A stretch of DNA of 64,000 nt from Promethearchaeota archaeon (GTDB taxonomy: Archaea; Asgardarchaeota; Lokiarchaeia; Sigyniarchaeales; SOKP01): positions 51,493-115,492 of the forward strand of contig RDOA01000007.1 of assembly GCA_011364925.1 (NCBI GenBank). Direction: 5' to 3'. The notes beneath the pieces are model-generated. The model had not been told where the DNA came from, did no database searches, and saw only the letters and a list, made by a program, of their open reading frames with translations. The position numbers were made by a program, and so were the translations under genes. Below, piece after piece: positions 49,684-57,042 of this stretch (positions are counted from its first letter, which is position 1; every line of letters begins with the position of its first letter).

Positions 49684-49950
49684 TTACGAACTGAGTAATT
49701 GAAAGAGTATCGTGGCGTGAGGGATATAGAATTGATCTTTTACTTTTATTACAACTGTATGGAAGTATTCGGCTAAACCTAGAAAACCTCGTATAACAGA
49801 TTCATCCTCTTCGAACTTAAAAACAACTCTGGCAATAGCTGCACTGGTGCTAAAATTGGCTTTTTCATATACCCTTTCATCGATTAAGGGAATTTTCAAT
49901 TCGTTTACAATTTCATACACTCGCTTGATAAAGAGTTCTCGTTTCGGAAT
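49684..49950 (-). CDS. Small hypothetical protein (about 88 aa), probable ATT start
   Basis: RBS AGGTGT, then ATT-PKRELFIKRVYEIVNELKIP in frame with the GTG ORF at 49920. Confidence 0.6.
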   Translation of the reverse strand: MPKRELFIKRVYEIVNELKIPLIDERVYEKANFSTSAAIARVVFKFEEDESVIRGFLGLAEYFHTVVIKVKDQFYIPHATILFQLLSS

Positions 49951-50050
49951 GTTTATACACCTATTAAGATTGAATTCTAATTATTAAAGATACAAATGAA
50001 ATATGATATATAATATATTAGATTTGAAAAATTTAATTGTTTTTTTTTTC

Positions 50051-50118
50051 TTAACAAATTTCAGATTGTGGAGATTTTGTTTAACTAGTATAAAAAATGC
50101 GATACAAGTATTATAAAA
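50051..50118 (+). repeat. 68-bp direct repeat, copy 1
   Basis: 64/68 identical to 52576-52643; both preceded by a T-run. Confidence 0.92.
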
Positions 50119-50329
50119 TTCGGGATTAAGAGTTATCTTGTAATATAGAGATAGGATACTTCTCATCCGAGAATAAATCAAAAAAGAACTCAATAGGAGC
50201 AATAGCTTTTTTAAAAACCTTTAATTTATGCGGAGGATTCTTTATAGGACTAATCTAAAGTAATACCATTATTTTAAAAAATAATAAAAAAAAAAATTTT
50301 TAATAATGATTTGATTTAAATCTGCATTT

Positions 50330-52099
50330 TTAACTGAAGTAGCATCCGTAAAAATAAGTTCTGGAAGCAGGGTTTGAAACGAATCCATGGAAATTGTTCA
50401 CCCAGGCGTCATAATTGATAGCCGAGACAAGTGGCATTCCAGGGTAGTCTACCTCAACCATTTCTCTTTGAAGTTCCCAGTACATTAACTTTCTTGTTTG
50501 TGGATTAGTCTCGGTGAGACCAGCGTCCATCAGTCTCTGTGCGGGTGCCGTAGTTGGGTTATAGTTTACGTTGTAGTTTCCCCCGTTCATATCTGATTGA
50601 TTACTCCAAATTGGGTTAAACCAGTTCTCGGGATCGAGATAATCAGGCGCCCAACCAAGAGCGTATGTATCCATTTTATGGCGATCAACCAAGATTGCAT
50701 CAAGCATGTCGCCAAACGCGACACCAATCGAAGATAAGTCGACACCGATGTATTGGCAATCAAACGATAATCTATCTCCATAGGCTTGCCTTTTCGTATT
50801 TCCGAGATTCCAGGTAAAGTTATAGGAAGCAATTGGAGAACCACCGGTAGCAACCGTAATCCATTGGGCATCTGTACTTGCAGCGGTTAAGCCCTTCGCG
50901 GCGCAAATCGGACCCCAAACAGGGTCAGTCAAGAGAACGTTTCTCGCAAAGGCTCGATCGAAGGTAGGAGCATTTAAACTATAGTTGGCATATGCTATTC
51001 CCATTGGTATATAAGTAGGCCATCTGACCGCATCACCATTCCGAATTACATCAATTACATACGTGTAGTTATACGAGTAGGCGATTGCTTTTCTCATAAC
51101 AACGTCAATATGATCAACATTGAAAGTGATATAGTCACTTGAAAAAAAGTTTCCGGCATAAACCAAGTCTAAATTTGGGTCAGCTTCAATTTGGGTGAAG
51201 AATGGTCTGTCTGGTCTTATTAATACATTAACGTCACTAGATAAGAACGCTTGGTTCATAGTGTTTATATCGTCAAAAACATCCCAAATGACTGAGTCAA
51301 GTTGTGCGGGTCCTTGCCAATAGTCGTCGAATTTGACTATCTTCTGTTCGACATCAGCTAAAATGTATGAAAGTTCGAAAGGACCTGTTCCTACTAATTT
51401 CTCGTCGTTTCGATAGTATCTATTTGGTGGAGCGTGATTTGGGGATAACATTGACATACCATAGAATCCCAAAAGTGCCATGAAAGAAGCTTTTACCTCG
51501 TTTAACACGATCTTAATTACATAATCTGAAACTACTTCAGTCCTATTAAGAAGTAGCGACCCAGTAGAAGTTTTGTATAAGATAAAAGTCTGAGTTGGTA
51601 GAACGGTAGTAGGCAAAGAAGTATTGAATGGGAAATCGTATCCACCAGCTGTATATCCATCAGGATAGTAGGAATTACCAGACCAATTCATAAAGTAATT
51701 ATACCTATCAAGGGTCCATTTAGCGGTATAAGCGTTGAATAACGTTCCGTCGTGGAAATAAACGCCCTGTCTAAGAGGAATAGTGTATTCTAAACCGTCT
51801 GGTGAAATGGTAGGTAACGCTGTTGCTAATAATGGGATAGTTGGGAAAGCTGGATCTGACCAGTTTACTACATATAATGACTCAGCAATATTTTCGATTA
51901 CATTGCTAGACGCAGTATCATACGCGTATTGTGGATCAAGATCTACTACAGTGTCTGTTGTAGCGACAATAGCTTCTTGCTTTGGCGGCGGTGGAGTAGG
52001 TTGAATAAGTCCCAAGAAGCTACCAAGGATTATGTTACCTACACCAGAAAAGATTAACGCAATCGCGAGAATCACTATTACTATATTTTTTCTTTCCAT
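50330..52099 (-). CDS. ABC transporter substrate-binding protein, family 5 (oligo/dipeptide)
   Basis: DLDPQYAYD, PLLAT, LRQGVYFHDGT.FNA, GTGPF, GWAPDYLDP; N-terminal TM anchor. Confidence 0.92.
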   Translation of the reverse strand: MERKNIVIVILAIALIFSGVGNIILGSFLGLIQPTPPPPKQEAIVATTDTVVDLDPQYAYDTASSNVIENIAESLYVVNWSDPAFPTIPLLATALPTISPDGLEYTIPLRQGVYFHDGTLFNAYTAKWTLDRYNYFMNWSGNSYYPDGYTAGGYDFPFNTSLPTTVLPTQTFILYKTSTGSLLLNRTEVVSDYVIKIVLNEVKASFMALLGFYGMSMLSPNHAPPNRYYRNDEKLVGTGPFELSYILADVEQKIVKFDDYWQGPAQLDSVIWDVFDDINTMNQAFLSSDVNVLIRPDRPFFTQIEADPNLDLVYAGNFFSSDYITFNVDHIDVVMRKAIAYSYNYTYVIDVIRNGDAVRWPTYIPMGIAYANYSLNAPTFDRAFARNVLLTDPVWGPICAAKGLTAASTDAQWITVATGGSPIASYNFTWNLGNTKRQAYGDRLSFDCQYIGVDLSSIGVAFGDMLDAILVDRHKMDTYALGWAPDYLDPENWFNPIWSNQSDMNGGNYNVNYNPTTAPAQRLMDAGLTETNPQTRKLMYWELQREMVEVDYPGMPLVSAINYDAWVNNFHGFVSNPASRTYFYGCYFS

Positions 52100-52186
52100 T
52101 TTTTAATCACATTATAAATTTTGTTATATATTTTTAATTTAAATGTATGGCTTAGGAATTTGCTAGTTATGTATACTTATAATAGT

Positions 52187-52232
52187 AATTACAATTTTGA
52201 TGTATTGTTGTACAACATTTACCGTTGTAATT
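52187..52232. promoter_or_regulatory. Palindromic putative operator upstream of the SBP gene
   Basis: Perfect TGTTGTACAACA (52206-52217) inside AATTACAA...TTGTAATT arms. Confidence 0.4.
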
Positions 52233-52575
52233 CCTTTTTTATTTAAAATGACTATTTTAAAATTGATTAAAAGATCTTAAATGAGAAGATGGATGATGGA
52301 TAATAATCTCAATTATCTTAAAGAATTTATTGGGCAACTACAGAAAAAACTCCTTTTACCTCAATATTTAGACATAAATGAGAAATATTTTGGTATAAAG
52401 AAGCAACTATCATTATTTTTCACCTGTGGAAATCAAAAAGAAGGTTGTTTTCATTCAAATTAAAACATTTTTATAATTACAACTTCCGAATGGAATAAGT
52501 GGTAAAAACTTCAATCACGGCGATAGAAAATCATTATAATAGGATAGAACATAGAAAAAATGAACTTTTTTTTTA

Positions 52576-52643
52576 TTAACAAATTTCAGATTGTGGAGAA
52601 TTTGTCTAACTAGTGTGAAAAATGCGATACAAGTATTATAAAA
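52576..52643 (+). repeat. 68-bp direct repeat, copy 2
   Basis: 64/68 identical to 50051-50118. Confidence 0.92.
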
Positions 52644-52741
52644 AAATAAAAATAAAAATATAAATTAATATAATACAATTACTACTATAGCTATATATTA
52701 TTCCATAAAAAATTAAAAAAGCTAGAGGAATTGATGGAAGT

Positions 52742-53440
52742 TTGGTTTCGAAAGATCAAAAGAAATTAGAGAGAGTCGTAAATTTTATGAAAAAGGGATT
52801 GGAATCCCTTTCTGACGATTTAGAAGAAACAGTTAAAGGAATTAATGATTTTATAAAATCATTAAACAAGGCACTTAAAGATTTGAAAGATGTCTCAGTA
52901 GAACCATCATTAAAGACTGTAAGTACATCCTCTAAAAAAGTTGTATCCACCTCAACGGGTCAAGCGAAGACTGCTGCTGCCAGCACATTATTCAATTTAT
53001 TAAGCGGTACTCCTGGAGCGGCACCGGCTATTGCAAGTGCTTCTCCGTCTATTGAAGCCCCACCTTCTTCTCCTACGGTTGGACCTCCAAAAAGACCTGC
53101 AAGTGGAGTTCCTCCAAAAGCTCCCTCTACAGGTGGCCCTCCTAAGCGTACTAATCTACCACCTGCACCCAAATTACCTCCAGTAGCTGGAACTGGTCCG
53201 CCACAAGCACCGAATAAAGGAGTTGTTCAAACACCATCATTTGCTAAAAGACCAACTCCACCTGCCGCTCCCGCTACCGGAATTCCCGCAAGACCACCTA
53301 GTGCGCCATCAACTAGCTCTGCTCCAGCCCCAGCTCCAGCTCCTGTAAGTGCAGCTCAAAGTGGTGGGGGATTAAGTTCTTTACGCGACGAAATGCTAGA
53401 GGAATTAAATCGCTTAAAGAAAATCATGAGAGGAGATTAA
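52742..53440 (+). CDS. Coiled-coil + Pro/Ala/Ser-rich protein with C-terminal amphipathic helix-LKKI motif
   Basis: N-terminal heptad helix, about 120-aa low-complexity Pro-rich linker with GPPKR-type repeats, C-terminal SLRDEMLEELNRLKKIM. Confidence 0.8.
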   Translation: MVSKDQKKLERVVNFMKKGLESLSDDLEETVKGINDFIKSLNKALKDLKDVSVEPSLKTVSTSSKKVVSTSTGQAKTAAASTLFNLLSGTPGAAPAIASASPSIEAPPSSPTVGPPKRPASGVPPKAPSTGGPPKRTNLPPAPKLPPVAGTGPPQAPNKGVVQTPSFAKRPTPPAAPATGIPARPPSAPSTSSAPAPAPAPVSAAQSGGGLSSLRDEMLEELNRLKKIMRGD

Positions 53441-53540
53441 GAACCTTTTTTTTACCTTTAATCTTTATTCCTAAGTGTTTTTAGCATCATCTACTTTCAG
53501 CAACAACTTTTTATTACAACTAATAAAATCTTAATTATTA

Positions 53541-54287
53541 ATGGAAAATAATGATTTAAATACTGTCGATAACGAAATCCCAATTGTAGTTCCAAATCGT
53601 ATTTTAGTGTTTGCTGGCCATCCAGACGACGAAATAATCTCATGTGGCGGTACTATAATTAAATATCAAGCTTTAGGATCCCAGATAATTATAGTGGTAG
53701 CAACCATTGGATTAGGCGGTTATGCAAAAAATGAAGAAGAAGCCAAGATAGAATCTCGAAGAAAACAGGAACTCGATATGATTAGAGCAGTATTAAATTG
53801 CAAAATTATTGAATTAGGATACTCTGAACTAAGCGTAGATCGAGATCATGTATTAGAAATAACAAATTTAATAAGAGAAATTAAACCACAAGTCATTTTG
53901 CTCCCTCACTATTCAGATTTTCACCGAGTCCATAGGAATCTTTCTTTAATTACAAAAGAAGCAATATACCATAGTTCTACAGGCAAAGCATATGGAGGTT
54001 CGGGACGAAATTGGACCCCTTTAGGAGCATATTACTACGAATCTCCGTCATGCAAATTTCAATACATTGACAGTTCGGTCTTTATCACCGTAGACATTGA
54101 AAAACAGTGGGAGAAAAAAAGAGAATTATTTAATAGAGTTTATAAGTCCCAGAGTGAAGTTTTAGAGAGAGTAGTAGAATGGGCCGAGGATACTGCGATT
54201 TTACGCGGAAATGAGATCAACTCTCAATATGGCGAAGCTTATATACCTGATACTACTTATACACCATTGAAAATTTTGTTAGTATAA
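53541..54287 (+). CDS. PIG-L/LmbE family deacetylase
   Basis: GHPDDE, CGGT, RKQE, DFHRVH, YKSQ. Confidence 0.88.
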   Translation: MENNDLNTVDNEIPIVVPNRILVFAGHPDDEIISCGGTIIKYQALGSQIIIVVATIGLGGYAKNEEEAKIESRRKQELDMIRAVLNCKIIELGYSELSVDRDHVLEITNLIREIKPQVILLPHYSDFHRVHRNLSLITKEAIYHSSTGKAYGGSGRNWTPLGAYYYESPSCKFQYIDSSVFITVDIEKQWEKKRELFNRVYKSQSEVLERVVEWAEDTAILRGNEINSQYGEAYIPDTTYTPLKILLV

Positions 54288-55223
54288 TCAGTTTCTTTCC
54301 CAGTACTCTTTAAGTTTTACTCCTAAATCCGATCCAATCGGAGTGGAACTATACGCTTTAGAATAATAATTTAAATCTGATAAAAAATCCTCTAACCTGT
54401 ACAATTTAGAATATTCTCTCATCCGTTTATCATGTATTTGTTTAGTTTCGCTAAGAGAAGCTATCGCGTCAAAATCAGTTTTAATAGCCTTTAAATCTCT
54501 AAAACTTAATTGAAAGTAATACTTTCCATGCTTTCGAATTTTAAACGGTACCCATAATAGATACATTAAAATGATTCCTAAATTAAACTCGAGCAGAGTA
54601 TTTATTATCATAGTTAAAAAACTCCAACCACCTTGTTCCTGACGAATTCCTGAAACTGAAAGAGTAAATTCGAGAGCAAATTCAACTAATGTTCCAACAA
54701 GAAATAGATATAAAATATCTTCTAATCTTAGTTTTTTCTTAAAATATAATATTGTAGCAACGACAATATTAATAAGGACTAATATTAATTCGTTTAATCT
54801 CTGATTATCGACATTCATATCTCTATATACTTTAATGATTGCATCGTTTAGAGGTATAATTTGAGATCCCACAGCAACAAGAGTCCAACCAATGTAAAGT
54901 AATAATGTCCAAAATAATAACTCTTTTCTATTTCTTTTTTCAAACATGACTATTACATAAGAGAACTGAACAAATCCGGGTGAAAAACAGAACCATACAA
55001 AGAACAGAAAGGGATTTATTGAACCAATATAATGCCTTGTTTGAGTAATTAAATACCAATACACATAATCTACGAAGATATATATTATCCAACCAACTAA
55101 CCCCCACAAAATTGGAGTCCAATACTTCTTTTTGATTAAAAAGAACACCCAAATTGTTATAAAGATGATGTCAAAGTAAATAAAATCTATTCCTATAGTT
55201 CTAGCCACTACTGAGGTTGTCAT
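54288..55223 (-). CDS. Hypothetical polytopic membrane protein
   Basis: About 7 TM plus a soluble C-terminal tail. Confidence 0.7.
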   Translation of the reverse strand: MTTSVVARTIGIDFIYFDIIFITIWVFFLIKKKYWTPILWGLVGWIIYIFVDYVYWYLITQTRHYIGSINPFLFFVWFCFSPGFVQFSYVIVMFEKRNRKELLFWTLLLYIGWTLVAVGSQIIPLNDAIIKVYRDMNVDNQRLNELILVLINIVVATILYFKKKLRLEDILYLFLVGTLVEFALEFTLSVSGIRQEQGGWSFLTMIINTLLEFNLGIILMYLLWVPFKIRKHGKYYFQLSFRDLKAIKTDFDAIASLSETKQIHDKRMREYSKLYRLEDFLSDLNYYSKAYSSTPIGSDLGVKLKEYWERN

Positions 55224-55434
55224 GGTAATTTTTGGACTTTATTTTTTTATAGAAGAAATATTTGATAGCTTATTAAACCCTTCAAAAATAACGAATTTTC
55301 GGAAGAGGGAATAATAAGCATTTAAATTCTAGTCAAATACATTTTCAAGAATTCAATCTTATTTAGCTAAAAATAAATAGGTTAAATTGTTAATTTATCT
55401 AAAGAGGAATGCAAGAAATTTAACAGTTTAAGAT

Positions 55435-56547
55435 ATGAATCTAACTGTAGTATTAGATATTGGGCAATTTTCAGCTAAAGCGGGATTTGCGGGAGAAGAT
55501 ATGCCATCTCAAGTGTTTTTTACTATTGTAGGAACGCCTAAATATCGACAGATTGATTACGAATACACAGGTCCTAGGAAAGACGATTTCTATGTCGGAA
55601 ATGAGATTCAATCGATCGGGTTGTATAAACTCTATTATCCCATAAATAAAGGAATAATTCAAGATTGGCTTTCGTTCGAAAAGATAATAGATTACATTTT
55701 TTATAATTTAAGAGTAGATCCGAGCTTAGTTAATGTGTTATTTGCAGTACATCCTTTATTTCCTTATAGTGATTTAAAAAGATTATTTGAATTATTTTTA
55801 GAAAATTATCAATGTAGAGCTTTTTATCCCGTATTAGATTCTATGCTTACATTATACGCAGGCGGGTTCCAAACGGGATTAGTTGTAGAGATCGGAGATA
55901 GCCTTACCAGATTAACTCCGATTTATCAAGGATACAAATTAGATCACGCGATAAAGCATATCGATATTGGTGGGAGAACTCTCACAAGATTTATGGAGAA
56001 AATTTTAGGTGAAAGAGGTTTTTCCGCAGATTCCTCAATCAGAAGAGAATTAGTCAGAGCTTTAAAAGAAAAGGCATGTTTCGTCTCTCTCGATTATAAA
56101 GAAGATCTTAAGAGAGTTGAACAATACGAAAAGGAATATTCTTTACCAGATGGTTCCACAATCTCGCTAGCGAAGGAGAGATTCGAGGTTCCAGAATTAC
56201 TATTCAATCCATCTATAGAATTAGAGGAACGATCCCTTCCAGAAGCAATCATGGATGTAATTGATATGTGTGACGTAGATGTCAGACCAGATTTATTAAA
56301 CAACATTTTTTTATCAGGAGGATCATCTATGTTTCCTAATATTAAGTCAAGAATTTATCAGGAATTAGAAATTGAATTAGCTCGTCGAAGTAAAAAAAAT
56401 CAGGTAATCAAAATCATTGCTCCCAGGGAACGCACTTTTTCAGTTTGGGTTGGAGGTTCAATACTATCAATGATTCCTGAATTTGAGCAGAACTGGATAA
56501 CTAGGGCAAAATATTTCAATGAAGGCATCCCTAAAAATCTTCTCTAA
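55435..56547 (+). CDS. Actin-related protein (Asgard actin/ARP homologue)
   Basis: KAGFAGED.P..F..IVG.P, YPI..GII.DW, GG..LT, KEKACFVSLDY, LPDG..I...ERF..PE.LF.P, LSGGSSMFP, IIAPRER.FSVWVGGSILS. Confidence 0.95.
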   Translation: MNLTVVLDIGQFSAKAGFAGEDMPSQVFFTIVGTPKYRQIDYEYTGPRKDDFYVGNEIQSIGLYKLYYPINKGIIQDWLSFEKIIDYIFYNLRVDPSLVNVLFAVHPLFPYSDLKRLFELFLENYQCRAFYPVLDSMLTLYAGGFQTGLVVEIGDSLTRLTPIYQGYKLDHAIKHIDIGGRTLTRFMEKILGERGFSADSSIRRELVRALKEKACFVSLDYKEDLKRVEQYEKEYSLPDGSTISLAKERFEVPELLFNPSIELEERSLPEAIMDVIDMCDVDVRPDLLNNIFLSGGSSMFPNIKSRIYQELEIELARRSKKNQVIKIIAPRERTFSVWVGGSILSMIPEFEQNWITRAKYFNEGIPKNLL

Positions 56548-56654
56548 GCATCTCCACTGTGTTATTAAAATATTACAAGCGTATTACTGTTTTTTAATAA
56601 TATTATTCTGGTATTATAACATAATAAAATTTCATTTTAAGTGGAGAATTAAAA

Positions 56655-57020
56655 ATGGAAGATCCTCAAAATACGAATCTTGAGCAATCAAAATTACTAA
56701 AAAGATATTATAAACCAGATTATTCTCAATTATTTAATAAATTGAAAGACCTTAAAACACCCGTAAAAAACGACATTTTAATATCCTTGCTAGACGGAAA
56801 TTGGCACACAGAGTTAGACTTAATTAGAGTAGCGAAACAAAAAATAAAGTATATGGGTGCCGTTACTTTGGGAACAATGATACATTCATTGAATCACCAA
56901 CTCAAAAACGATTATGTTGAGAAGAGAATAATAAACGGCAAACTCTCCTACAGAATATCAGATAACTACGTTGGGCTTACTCGAGCTGCTTATAACAAAT
57001 ACAAGTTTAAAATGGATTGA
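56655..57020 (+). CDS. Small basic hypothetical protein, possible winged-helix fold
   Basis: ILISLLDG.WH..LDL, helix GAVTLGTMIHSL, beta-wing VEKRIINGKLSYRIS. Confidence 0.6.
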   Translation: MEDPQNTNLEQSKLLKRYYKPDYSQLFNKLKDLKTPVKNDILISLLDGNWHTELDLIRVAKQKIKYMGAVTLGTMIHSLNHQLKNDYVEKRIINGKLSYRISDNYVGLTRAAYNKYKFKMD

Positions 57021-57042
57021 GGCTTATCAGATCTTACTTTTT

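Noticed and set aside
49984-50202. 72-aa ORF over repeat copy 1
   Set aside because: Low-complexity AT-rich translation; frame not evidently preserved in copy 2.
52281-52463. 60-aa ORF or gene remnant
   Set aside because: No recognisable motif or RBS; could be decayed coding DNA but cannot be supported.
50051-52643. CRISPR array or IS/transposon ends
   Set aside because: Only two direct copies 2.5 kb apart; no spacers, inverted termini, cas or transposase genes.
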